64,000 nucleotides of DNA, from IMG/VR virus record IMGVR_UViG_3300013936_000015, positions 32,001-96,000 of that record, one strand, 5' to 3'. Below the pieces are notes generated by a model. That model did not search any database. It had not been told where the DNA came from and saw only the letters and a program-made list of their open reading frames with translations. Source of the stretch: a virus. Its lineage: Duplodnaviria > Caudoviricetes. The position numbers were made by a program, and so were the translations under genes. How positions within the stretch are numbered: the first letter of the stretch is position 1; each line of letters opens with the position of its first letter. This document shows, in pieces, positions 11,601 to 25,200 of this stretch.

Positions 11601-14600
11601 TCTAATAGCTCTGGAGCTTTTAAATTAAAATATGGATGCCATCCAATAAACTTACCAGTTTTATCAAAGTCATACATAGCTAGTGTAACACTGTCAATGT
11701 CATAATCCATTTTACTTTTATCTAACCGTTTCCGTTAGATTACTTATTTTTTCAAATAAGATGAGACTATATCTTCACTTTTAAGTGCTTTGCGCTTCAA
11801 ACCCACTTGGGTTTTATACCTATATTAGGATTTACTAGTCGTTGCTCCTTCTATCAAAAATTGACAGCTTGGGTACGGATTGTCCAATCTTTAATATTTT
11901 TACTATACCAAGGTAATTACTCTTGCCATTTTTATTAGTATAAAAACTTAGTAATTAAAGCTCTAAGGAGTTTCCCGTAATTCACAAAGTTTTTAAGGGT
12001 TCCAATTTTTAAATTTGTATTCCATTGAAGGAATTATATAAGGTTTAACTAAATTATAGAATTTAGATTTTGAAATATTTAAATGTATGCCTATCTATTT
12101 ATTAGTTAAACCCTCTGTATTTAATTTAATAATATTATCTATAATTTCTGTTGTTATTAAAGTCTTCTTTGATGTAGGGGTAATCTGCATCTTTTTTAAA
12201 TATTTTCTAATGATATATTCAGACACAATCTCTCCTACAGTTTTACCTGCTTCTGTAAGTTCTTTAATCTTTAAAGTGTTTACTTCTTGTGACATAAATT
12301 ATATTAATTAATTTGAAATTAATATATATATATGTCTGTAATATAATATTTTTTTATTTTTTAGAACCCTATAAATAAGTCTAAAGAGTACTTACATATG
12401 CAGTATTAACATCACTATCAATAAAACCTACTATTCTCATAGACATAAATGATTGCATAGACTGTGCCGGTATACGGGAGGCTACCATATCAAGAGATTT
12501 CATAAAAGAAGTATATATCTCCTATCCAATATCAAGAAGGTGATTAATAGATTCATCTTTTTTATTAAAGAAGTTATATTCATTTAATTTTCTCTTTTCT
12601 GGATCTGATTCATTTAAAGCATTAGAATAGTCTTTCTTTAATCTTTCAAACCAACTATTATAGTTATTAAAGAACTTTGAAATATCCTATCCTTTTGCAA
12701 ATCTTTTATATATCCTATTAGCTTCCTTATTATTACTCGAATTTAATGCATTAAAAAGAGTAGCTTGAGAGTTTTTAGAAACATTTCCAGAAAGATTTAA
12801 TGTGAAACTACTTGTGTTATCTAACCAATATTTATAATCAGTAGTAACTATCACATCGTGAGACACTCCATTATCATCAACATATTCCCAAATCTCATCC
12901 TATGGATTCTCATCACTAACCTCATTGTTATTTTTAGACAATGTGTATAACACGTTAAATTCATTGTCTATAACGTCCACAGTACCATTTTCATTAGTTC
13001 TTGTAGCAACATCTTCTTTACGATGAAAATGGCTGTCAGAAGAGACTCTATTACGGTCTATCACATAGATTGGATTATTGTCAAGACTATTAAAAACAAT
13101 GTCATAATAATTATCGGGAATAATGTTTTGTAGAACACTATTTAATAATTTCTTTTGGAAATATGTTTTATCATTAACAATATCACTTAATTTGGTATCA
13201 AATCCTAAACCATATTTAGAAGCAAAGACTTTAGGGAGAACAATCTCGTAAGGCCTTATTTTAATAGAATCGGGAACAATTTCATAGGTTTCTCCCTCAA
13301 TAGTAACATCGCCAGGATTATTAGGATCTAGGTTACTGAGAACTGCCTAAAGCTAATGCATTGTAGCAGCTTTGCCACCACTTCTAAATTGATTCTTAAT
13401 AGTATCAATATCATATAATGAATATGGTTTTTCATTACCATCACTATCTCTAACCTTAAATGTTACATTATAAGGTCTTAAATTTCTTCCCTCTTTGACA
13501 TTTTCTACTATTTTGCTAATAGCTCCACGTCTTATAAGCTCATAGAGTTTTTCTCTACATTCTACAGAATTTACAGTTACCTAAATAGTATTAGCACTTC
13601 CTGTAATTGTATCTCCTGCATTTAAATTCTCTAATTCTTGTTCTAAATCATCAGGATTTTGTCCCTCTTCAACAGTAAGATTATATGTGGTTTCAAAATC
13701 AATCATCGGATGTTCAGTATCCCCTCTCTTCCACAAAGGATTATTATTATATTCCTATTGCAGTCTATCCAAATCTCCTTCTTGATATTCATCCAAGAAC
13801 TTACCACCATATAATTTTATTCTATCATAACTGGGACACAAAACAGCAAGTAACCCAGACATCTTTACTTTAATACCTGCTTTAGTAAGAGCAACCCCAA
13901 CTGTAGAAATCAGCTTATTATAAATCTAACTATCACTAAATGGGATAGAGTCTTTATATTTAAAGAACTCTCCATTTTTATTTAATTCCAAAAGTTTATT
14001 TACAATACTCTATACTGTTTCAGAATTATTCTTCTATGTAATAAGAGCATTTCCAATTAATTCGGCTACTGTATTCTAGAATCTAGCTTTTCCTGTTTCA
14101 GGATATTCTAGATACTAATCAAAAGCTTCTTGATATTTTCTAATAGAAGACTTAGCAAGATTAGCAAGACCTTTATATAACTGGTCAGCCTCATAAAAAG
14201 ACATTCCCCTAGAAGCACAAGCACTAATTACCTAAGTAAACATAGATACATCCTCGCTGTCAGCATTATGTTCCTTATCTAACTAAATACCTGCTTGAAG
14301 TAATTGGATCTTTAGAAAATTAGGTCTGAAATCACCAATTTCTTCTCCTTTTAAATACTTATTGATATTTTCAATATTAGCAGCACCTTGCTTTACAGCA
14401 CCTACAGTAGGCATATAATGGATATTACACTATTTCATTACCTGATAAAGGTCGTGTTGTGTATGAACAGTATCATTTAATTTAATACCATTAACATTTG
14501 CCATATCAGATATAGCTTTAATGCTATACTCAGAATGAGTAAGTTTATTGTCTCCCTATTTTATCTCATAGCATTCATACCCACCTAAAGCATTCCATAA

Positions 14601-17600
14601 ATCATAATTAGAATTAATAGATAATAATCCATAGGAGTTACCATTTTTGTCTTTAATATCACTTCTATGTATAAGCTGTCCTATGTCTTCCCCATTTTCA
14701 CTTACCTCTGTAAGAAGTTGGTCATATGTGTTATTCCCTTTATATTCCATTCCATCAAAACGATAATACTTTCCATCTAGTTTGATATAAAACTATCCAG
14801 TAGTGTCTTTATCATTATTAAATTGAAATGTTTCACCATTATAAGTTTCTAACACATTATAATTAGATAAGATATTACCATTCTAATCCTTATATTTCAC
14901 GTCTGTAGATAATTTCATCATTTGACGGTCTGCTATAGACATTCTCATAATTTCATTAGTAATAGCAAATCCTGCACATTTTATAATACCTCCAGTACCA
15001 GTAGAAGGGTCATAAAAATGGAAGAATTGTTTCTTATTAATACCTACCTTTTCTGCAGCAAGAGAACCGTTTTCCCAATAAGCAGTAAATGGATTAATAT
15101 ACATAGCACCATCAGAGGTAAGAGCGTTTTCCTTAAATCCTGTAATAGTATTAATTCTATCTGCTAAATCAGCAATACAGGTTATCGCTACACTTGAGGG
15201 TAATCCTTGTAATCCGTTTAATTCATAAGCATGCATTGCAGCAGTAAATGATACATTACGTTTTGTCTGGGCAATATATCTACTTGATTCATCACGTTCA
15301 AGAGCATCCTCTAATCTATCACAATAATCATTTGCTTCTGGATAATTAGTACGTAATTTATCAATATCATAACCATTTTCTCTAAGAAGTGCAGCATACT
15401 TCATATCTTCCCATTGCTGGGTAGGAAGATTATCCTAAGCAGAAATAGGGCTAAGCATTGTCATTGCTGTTTTATCCTTAATGGGGTGATTAAATGCCCC
15501 TCCGACAGTAGAAAGTACCCATTCCTGTGTAAATAAATAATTTAGACGATTGTATAAATCAATATCTGGATTAATTTCTACAGAATAGCCATTAGAGATT
15601 AAATCCTTTATTACATCTGTCATAGGACTATTCATAGAAACTTGATCACTTACTAATTTGTTCCAATTAGAATATAGATCGTATTTATTATGAATATCAA
15701 TAGAATTTCCTTTCTAATCTGTTATTGTACAGATTGAGAAGTTTTCAGTATTCTCACCGTCTTTATAAAAGCCGTTGAAATTATCTTCCAGTAAATCAGC
15801 AACGATTTTAGTGTTCTACTATTCAAAATATTTATTTATATTTCCAAGATTATTAGAAGTAAATAAATTCTTTTGTTTTATTAATAAAGGATTTACATTA
15901 AGAAGATGATTTTTGTCTTCTATATACATAGAAGTGTCAATAATAGAAACTGGCTCATTAGGATGGTCCTAATTATATCTTCTAGCTGCATTGTTAATAG
16001 CTTCTAATGGAGTTATTGACCTGTCACTATTTATATAGGCCTCATTCATCTACTGAAAATCATACATCCCATTATATTCAAGAGAAATGTTTTGATATAC
16101 TCCTTCAAAATAAGGTTGTATTTTATGATACCTATCAATAATAGAATTAATTACATTCTTGTAATAATCACCTAACTCCTAACTTATAATCTAAGATATT
16201 GCATTTTGTTTCTCGTCTAAGAAAGTATTAGATGTAAGTAGATCATATAAAGAACCATTAGAAGCGGTAATATTATTTAAATCTACAATAATTCTAGGAA
16301 TATTTGGTTTATCAGAATTATCAGTAGAAAGAAAAGCGACTTTTCCGTTTCCAACAGGAGATTTAGTATTTTTGTTATTATCAAGTCCTTTCAAATAATC
16401 ATAGATAAGACAAGAGGTTTCCATTTCTGCAGGAGAAAAATCAGTAAGAGCAGTAGTAGTAGTATAGCTTGCCTCATCTTTAAATTCTTTAGCTTGAAAA
16501 ACTCCCTTAAATACACCGTTTCTTAAAAGACTAAAATTCTTATAAGCAGAATCACGTCCTTGAAGTTCCCATTGTTGTCTATAACTACCATTTAATCTAG
16601 ATAATGCAGTAGCAGGAAGAGCATTTCCCTCACCATCCTTTAATACAGCAGATGTCAATTTACCATCAATAATTGCTTGTGCTCTTGCTAAGGTGTCTAT
16701 AATAGACATCTCATTCTAACTGGTAACATAAGACTCTCCAAACTTTCCATTCCAATCTGGAACAAGTTGGGAATTAGTATAAAAAGTCGAGAAGAACTTT
16801 TTACTATCTTCTTTAGTAACTTTTTTCTTTCCTCTTTCAGTAAGATTGATACTGTTTTCTTCAGCAAGTCTTTCCCTTACTTTCATTAAGGCTTCTGGAA
16901 ATTTCTTATCAGAAGTTCTACCTCTTCCATCTTTATGAGTAATTTCAGCATTACCAGTATTATATAATACATTTAAAGAATCTGGATTCTGTTTAAAAGA
17001 AAGATATATTAATGATTCCATTATTTTAGGGGATACATTATCCCATACGCCTGTATCTGAAATAGTAACACTCTTTCTCCCCCACTATTTTGCATAACTT
17101 CCAGACAAGTTGTCTTGTAGGTACTTTCTTAATAACTTCTGTTTTTGCTGTTTATTAAGTGTATTGTCATACTTTAATTTCTAAGCATGAAAAGCAGCTT
17201 CTACAGAATTAAAGCTTCCTAATATAGGAAGAGGCTAAAGACCTTTCGATTTTAATTCGGCATTTATTTTGTCATTAATTTCAACAGGTCTTTTAGTAGA
17301 GAAGTTACTTAAATTAGCATTTTGGTCAGTACCACTATAAACATTAATAGAAGCAACTCTCCCTTGTTCTGGAAGTATATGAACTGCAATATACCTGTTT
17401 AAAAGAATATGACTAGTAAGTTTAGTAAAATCATCTAATACTTGATCAATTTCATTATTCCTTAACCCAACATATGCATTATATAATCTAGAATCACTAG
17501 AATCAAATAATGTTGAGTCTATTGTATTATTAATAAGCTAATGAAGTTTATCAGTTTCTTTTTTATTGAGTTCAGATATATTTACAGTATTTCCATTTTT

Positions 17601-19235
17601 AATAAACTAATATTTTCCGGTATTATATACTTCTAAATAAAGATTATTATCCGGATCTCTATTAGTCTATAAATCATATTTTATACCGATTAGCTTATCA
17701 TCTTCTTTGATTTCAGAAATATTACTAATATCAGGATTAGCTCTACGGCTGTTCTATATAAGTAACTCGTCTTGAATAGCTCTAATATTAGTATCCACTG
17801 TCTAATCATATAAATTTCTTAAATAAGTAATATTTTTAGAGGTTCTAAAATATTGAAGATATTTATTCTCATAGATAGTATCACAAACTTCTGTTATATA
17901 ACTAAAATAGTTGAGATTATTATATCCTACTCTATCATTAGCTGCTTTTAAAGTAAGTGGATTGTCTGGATCAAATAAAGAGCTATTTAATGCTTGTATT
18001 AGAACTGTATCAAAGTCATTAAAATATTTATTTAAATATTGCTTTCTAAAATCATAATCATTTAATTTTTTAAAGATTTCTGGAAGATACCTTTGAGGAT
18101 TTTCTTTCATACTAGCAATAAACTGAGGTAGGGTTTTCCATCCAAAGGAGTCAAAATTAATTATTTCATCATAATTTTCATCCGCAATCCTTTTAATCTT
18201 AGCAATGATATACCCAAACTCATTAAATGTCATTGGCCTTCCCTAAACTTTAGCAGTAGATACTAATAACTTAACAATATTACTGACTTCAGAAGCAACA
18301 TCTATAATATCACTGGACCTCCATGTACTATTCATATTAGATGTTTGAGCATTAGAAAGAGAATATTTATCTTCTCCAGAAAATCTAGGAGATAGATTAT
18401 CAATATAGATACTTTTTCCAAATGTAGAACGTAATACTGCATCAAAATTATTAAGAATTACCCAACTGTTATAGCCATCAATAATTGTTTGATTATTCTT
18501 TCTGTCTAAAAACAAATTATTTAACTCATCTGTATTAAATCTCTCATTGCTTAATTCTTTCCCATATTGTGCCTAAATTCGTTCTACAATACCAGTATAT
18601 TTGCCATCAACATACATCTAGGCATCATTTAACATTGGATCCTTTAATCCTATAGCTCTTAAATAATTACATACATTTTCTAAATATCCCTACTGGATAT
18701 CTCTTAATTCCTCATTCATCTATACATCATTCTAAACAAGAATACCTTGATTGTTAGATGTATAGAATAAACAATTCACTCCTAATTTGGTAGATTCTTG
18801 TTTACAATATCTTTTAGCGGCATAACTATTGCTAAAACTTTCTAATAAATAAGAATTAGTAAATGTCTTTTGTAACTCTTCTTTATCGTTAAGCTTTTCT
18901 AGTCTGTCTGTAGTAGTCTATTCAATATTAGGTTTAGGAGATGTTTGTGCATATGAAATTAATCCATTTCTGATAGCATCCTTGTTTAAAACAAAATCAG
19001 AAAGATTATCATTTTCCATCTTTACAAAATCTTCAAAATAATCAGAACAAATATTAACAGCTTGCTCTAAATTTTCACTATCTTTTAGGCTGTATTCTTC
19101 TCCTAAAGTTTTTAATATCTACGTAGCTTTTTCAACTACATTTGAGGCATTTACCTCATCTGCATTACTTAATGGGGTGGCGAAAGAATTTTCCACCGCC
19201 CCATTAAATTCACTTTCACTGAATGCACATTTCAT
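8687..19235 (-). CDS. crAss-type virion DNA-dependent RNA polymerase polyprotein (~3297 aa). Exons 19235-12363 and 11707-8687, TAG=Gln
   Basis: Spliced product reads SRIPAQSMQS...LQGS|DYDIDS (two-barrel DxDxD loop). Also TSDGAMYINP, IIKCA, MFTQVISA and LSLATDNAKELALAKLN. All fragments are in frame within each exon. Confidence 0.88.
11708..12362 (-). mobile_element. Group I self-splicing intron (655 nt) in the RNAP catalytic loop
   Basis: 5' exon ends in U and the intron ends in G. Core elements GAAUUACGGGAAAC (P), AAUCCGUACC (Q), GCAACGACUAG (R), GAAGAUAUAGUCU (S). P1 pairs exon AGGGUUCU with GGAACCCU (plus 11996-12003), with U.G at the splice site. Confidence 0.9.
11993..12295 (-). pseudogene. 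Probable internally deleted homing endonuclease remnant (100 aa with TAG read-through) in the intron L1 loop
   Basis: HTH-like N-terminus joined to FYNLVKPYIIPSMEYKF, which resembles the C-terminus of LAGLIDADG_2-type enzymes. No nuclease core is present. Confidence 0.55.
16865..17350 (-). other. NADAR (YbiA/DUF1768)-like domain embedded in frame in the RNAP polyprotein
   Basis: NLSNF...FNSVEAAFHA(Q)K...LSGSYAK(Q)WGRK...WDNVSPKIMESLIYLSFKQNP...LYNTGNAEITH...FPEALMKVRERL. (Q) marks a TAG codon. Confidence 0.75.
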
Positions 19236-19240
19236 AATTA

Positions 19241-22200
19241 TTAATTTTTAATAGAACTATTTCCATACTGTTTTTTAGTTTTTCTAACTGGTGGAACTCG
19301 TACAGCAGTAGCACAAGAAGAATTATTATCCACTTTGTTGTTAGAATTAGGCTTAGAATCATCTTTACTTGCAATATAATTAAGAATAGCTTCTGCCACA
19401 TTCTAGTCCAGCGAATTTGGTATATTTCTTCTAATAGCAGCTCTTCCTGAAGGTTTATTAACAAGACTAGCTAACTTCTTTAATGTGTCTGTGTCTTTCA
19501 ATAAGTCTTCAAATGAATTGAAAGATACATTTTCTTTCTTAAACCACTTACCAAACATAGTTAAATATTGAGAATTTTGATCGACAATAGTATTGTCATC
19601 TATCTCAATATTAGTTGTATTTTTTGGAGTATTATCCACTTTAGACATAGTAACCCGTATTTTGTTATTAGAAGTATCAATTTCTATTTTATAGTCAATA
19701 GAACCATCAGATTTAGTAATAACATCATGAGGAGTATTACTATTTAATTGTAGACTATCAAATGTAGTATTTAATATAGTTAAATACTCATTACTTAAAC
19801 TACCTACATCTGCTAAATAATACGTTCCATTCTTTTTAACTAGGAATTGCTTATGTGATAGAGCTGTACGATATATTGTCTTTTCTTGTTCTAATGTAAA
19901 TTCTTGATTAGGTGAACTAGGCTTTAATCCTGTACCATCAAACCAAGACTAATTAGTAATAATATTAGCTTTATCAGTAAAGCTTGGCTGTGGCTATGGA
20001 GTAGAAGACTTGTCATAATTATATCTTGAATTTTCATGAGAAGTCCAAAATCCATTAGAATTTATATACATATTATCAGATACCTTATTCATTAAATTAT
20101 TAAAAACAGTATCAGTAATAAACATATTAGGGCCTATTCTACCACTGGATGTACACTCCTTATTACTAATTCTCTTATCTTGAATTTTGTAATCATTAGT
20201 AATATTTGCAGTAGCAACACCTTCAATATCATCACTTGATTGATTTAATTTTGCTTGATAATAAATCAATTCATTTCCCATTAATGACTGAATAGTGTTA
20301 CATTTTGTACTATCAACTACTAAGCTTTCAGTGGTAGACATAACTGTTTTTGTTGCAATTTTATGAATTAAATATGCAAACTATTGTGACCATGTTCTAT
20401 CAGGATTTGCATCAAATAAGCCACCTAAATTATTATTCTAATCTCTACCTGCTTTACTTGTTAATACATTTGCTTTACCATCACATTTTATTAAAATATT
20501 TTTCAGAGCATTAAATTTAGATACATCAGTCTGATTAGAATTGTCTAAGCCTAATAAGTTATATATATCAGTTTCTTTACCATTATTAAAAATCGCATTT
20601 AATATTCTATATGGAGTAGATATATTCCCTAAAAACTTTTCTTTAGATGTTTTAGTATATACATCATGTACACTTTGAACATACTCTTGTACTGATATAG
20701 TAGGAGTAGATATATATTTAATCTATACCTTCTATTCACTATTTTTATTATCCTACCTATCAAACAACTGTTTCTTATACTGTTGCATTAATTTATCATC
20801 AGTATCAAACTCTGGATCGGAAGAATATAAAATAAAGAGATGTCCCTTTTTAGGTCTAAATTCTTGTTGAATAGAAGTCCCTTTATAATTAAATACATTG
20901 CTTACTAAACAAAAAACATGAGAAGACATTTGAACATCTGCCCTTCTTAATTTAGAAATAGGATAAAAAACAGAGTCTTGTACAATCTCTCTATTAGCAC
21001 TGGTAAATGCTCCTCTATCTATATTAATCTATGGGCCTAAATTCCTCATTTTCCCGGGAACCCAATCAGTATTATCAACATAGGTAATTCCTCTAACATT
21101 AGTAGTATAAGCATAGACATTACAGAGCTGTGCTAAATCAACAAATCCTGCCTATTTAAGACTACTTGCTATGTTAAACAAGGCAGTTCTATTTTTCTCA
21201 ACACTCTGATTAGATGTAAATAACTGTTGTAAGTCAATTTGTGCTTTTAGCAATGCTGGTGGGTTATCATTTGATTGTGGATCTATTAAAGAATCAATTT
21301 TAGAAAGGGGATTATTAAGCTGGAATAAGGGGATTTCTAATGAATCCTTACCATTAATACTAATAATAGCAACAAACTCCCTACGTGATCTATAACCCGG
21401 ATTCTCAGAAAATTCTGAAATTTCATCCGTCTACCTATCAAAGCGTGTATAGTCACCAGCCTTATCTACTTTTTCTTGTTCATTTGGCTTAAATACTTCT
21501 CCTGATTTTAATGCAAATGATACATCTACATTACCCTGCTTTCCAATACCTGATTGTTTAATAGCAGTTATTATACTATTTTTATCGGTGTAATTAAGAA
21601 GTATTCCTCTAAGCTTTCCCATTAATTTAAAAGCATGAAGTAACTGTTGAGGAGTATATGTAGGTTGGTCATAAATAACATTGAGTCGTAGAAAACCATT
21701 AAACCCATCAATTCTATGACTTGAATTTAAAGGCTTATGATATCCAGTAATATTTCCACTAGTATCCCTTTCGGGAACAAATCCAGTCATAAAACATCTA
21801 GAAGAATCAACTAATTGAGAAGTATGAGATTCCCCATTATTCTAAACTCCTTTTAATTCCTCTTGAGCCTATTTTCTTTGAATATCTTCTAATTGCTTCT
21901 GCTGTTTTTTATTTTCATCCTAAATGACTTGTGGACTATTCTATATCTCTTGTAAATTTATTTGCTATTCTGCTATTACATCATTTATCCAACTGTCTAA
22001 TACATTACATACAGGCTTTGTTTTATAAATAATCCGTTTATCCCCACTTTCTATTACTACCTATTTAGGTGTTTTTGTAATAGAATAAGTATTCTTTCCA
22101 GCAGTAATCTTTATTCCTACTTTTTTGGCAGCATTAAAGAAAGGATCTAGAAAACTACCATCTCTGAATGTAATTGTATTTTTATTATCATCCGATTCTA

Positions 22201-25200
22201 TCTCATAGCTACAGTTCTAAAAGTCTAAGCTGTTATTAAGTAAACTTTCCGCATGAGAATCTCTAATGCTTTTAATATCATCCCTATATTGTGTAATAAT
22301 ATCTTTTGCACCATTAAAATTAGGTAAATTATTACTCTTGTTACTTAATTCAGCATTAAGTGTTTTTAATACAGAATCACTTTCATCAAAACCAGATAAC
22401 GCCTTTGTTTTCAGTCTATCTAATGTGTCTCGTAATTGTTGTTCCTAATTCTAAAGAGAGAAACTATTTAGAGTACTCTGAAGATAGTTTCTAAGATTAG
22501 CATCCCTTATTTTCTATATTGTTGTATTAACAGTTTCTCCAGTAGAAAGTCCTATTGTCACATTTCCCTAGTTATCTATACGGACATAATTCTGCATATT
22601 ACCAGACTGATTTGTAACATAATCCAACTGTCCTAAATCATCAGCAGTAAGGGAAGTAATACCAACACATTCTATATCATTATTAGTTTGTTTCCAATTC
22701 CAATCACTCGTATCTATATTCAAGTCTATATTCTGACTATATTTAGCAGATATTACTTTAATAATTTCAGTACTTGCATTTGATAATATCAATTTTTCTG
22801 TATTATCCAATGCAGAACTTTCACGATCCTTATATTCCTATTCTTTATCATATAACTGATTAAATGTAAGAGTATTTGCATTCTACAAGAATGTGTTAAT
22901 TTCATTCTGTAAATCTGCTATAGACTGTGTTGTTGAAGTAGGCGGAACTACTGTAGAATTACTATTGTTTGAAGTATTTCCAGACGTATTATTCTGATTA
23001 TTATTAGAAGTACTTCCAGAAATAGGAGACCCAGTAGGAATACTCTGTCTAGATTGATATTTAATAACACCGGGTGTAAATTTCTATAATGAATTTACCA
23101 GAATATTCATATAATTCTAAGCATATCTCTATTTGGAATCAGTAGAGATATTAAACTCGCTGGTTTCTTGATCTTTAACTTGAGAAAGAGGGAGAACGCT
23201 GGTCTTTTTGGCATTATTAAGCAGAATACTTCCTTTCTACGCCCTAGTAACAGCAGTATATACGTCCTATAGATATGGAACAGATCCTACATTAGGATTA
23301 GCATCAATGATCCAATAATTTCCTTCTTCACCTTGAGCAGAGTTTCCTTCATAGAAATTTATATGGTCTTTATATTTAGGAGTTCCAGATAACTTCTAAT
23401 AAAGTGCCGAATTGGTATCATAATAGATATAACCAATTTTTTCTCCTTTTTCTAGATTGGCAAGAAATTTATCTATCCCCTCTAGAATTTGGTCTATATC
23501 TTGATCTTCTATAATTTTTGTTCCAAGAATCCTATTATCGTCTTCATAATAATGAAGAACAAGAGAATCATTAATATGAGATGTAGAATGTAATCTAGCA
23601 ATTATAGCATTTTGATTGGTAGTCTATTGTACATTTAATGAACGTAAAGATGTTCCAATCTTTGCAGTATGCATCATCTGGTTAGGCTCTAATACAGATG
23701 TAAAAGTATAATTTTTTAAATCATCTATAGTATACCCATTGTCTGCTGCATTCTATTTTATTTCATCTAATTGAGATGGTTCTAAAAGATTTTCCAGAGG
23801 AAGAGTTGCTCTAGATTGTGTCTAGTCTAAATCACCAAGTGTTACTACTGCTATTCCATTCTTCTATGCATACCTATCAATAAGCTATAATTCATCAAGA
23901 GTAAATCTACTTACCTCATCAATAAGAATAACTTGTGGAATTTCATCTGTTTCTTTTAATTCAAAAGAATTAATAATACCTTTATCCTTATCATAGATAT
24001 ATCTATCCTTTCCTTGTGAAGTTTTTACATCAGCAATAGTACCTTCATCGTTAAGTGTAAAGTCTTCCCAATCACTAATTTTTTGTAATAAACTTGTTCT
24101 GGAGAAATTACCCTTTCCTTTATTTTCTAATCCCAGAGTTTTTCTATCTCTTTCTGCATTCTACTCGCTAGTATTTATAATCCATACATTACTAACTTCA
24201 TTAAATTTCTATAAATACTATGCCAGAATGTATTTTACAGCAGCACTCTTACCACATCCAGCATTTCCAAATACTGCAGTAGTATTAATAAAGGTGTTAA
24301 AGTTTATACTATATAATAATGAAAGATTGGTCGCAATAGTATTAGCAATGGTTTCATTATTAACTAATGAATTAATATAGTCTACTCTATCTTTATAGGG
24401 TAGTGATTTTAAATAATCAAATGTTGCTTTCTATGCTGCAATATTAAATTTACTAAGTGTTTCTCCATTTATTACATTAGCAACACACAGCTAAAGTGCC
24501 TGCATCTATGAATCAATAGGAACAATCCCTGCCTAATTATATATAGGAAGTATATCCTTCATAAATTCAGATGTCTTAATAGCTGCAGATGCTGTTAACC
24601 ATCCAAAGAAAGCATTATTATCATAAGAATCAGATGTTTCTGTAAGTATTGTCTAATCCTAGCTTAATAAACTTAACTTCTAAGGATTAAAAAATGCAGA
24701 TAAATCTTTAGTACTATTTTTTTGGAAAAAATCATATACCGCATCAGATAATGAAATAAACTCTTGTTTTATTTTAGTAGTTATATCATTAGAAAACCCA
24801 CTATTATCAGTAATACTATCAATAGTAGGACAATTATCAAGAGCTTTCTTTAAGTCATCTGTATCCCAATCATCGGGAACTACATCAATAATAGATTTTA
24901 ATTTCTTATAAAGTAACTAAGTAGTATTTATACCAACATTAGTTTGTCTATTTAATACCTAACCTACATTAATACCATAGAGAGTTTTATAATATTCTAT
25001 CTGTTCTTTTAAAGATCGAATATCCAACAAAAGATTATCAGCAACTTCACCACTAATAGTAGGAAGTTCTTCCCAAGATTCATCTTTAGAAGAATGTGCA
25101 ACATCATTTAATGTCTTATTAATACCAAAAATGTTATCTCTAGGAGTTCCAGATTTATCATCAAAAACCTTTAAATCTGCATTATCAGAACGAGCACCCT

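Noticed and set aside
11708-12362. Intein, or two separate RNAP subunit genes
   Set aside because: The insert is not a multiple of three, contains TAA stops, and has group I core and P1 pairings.
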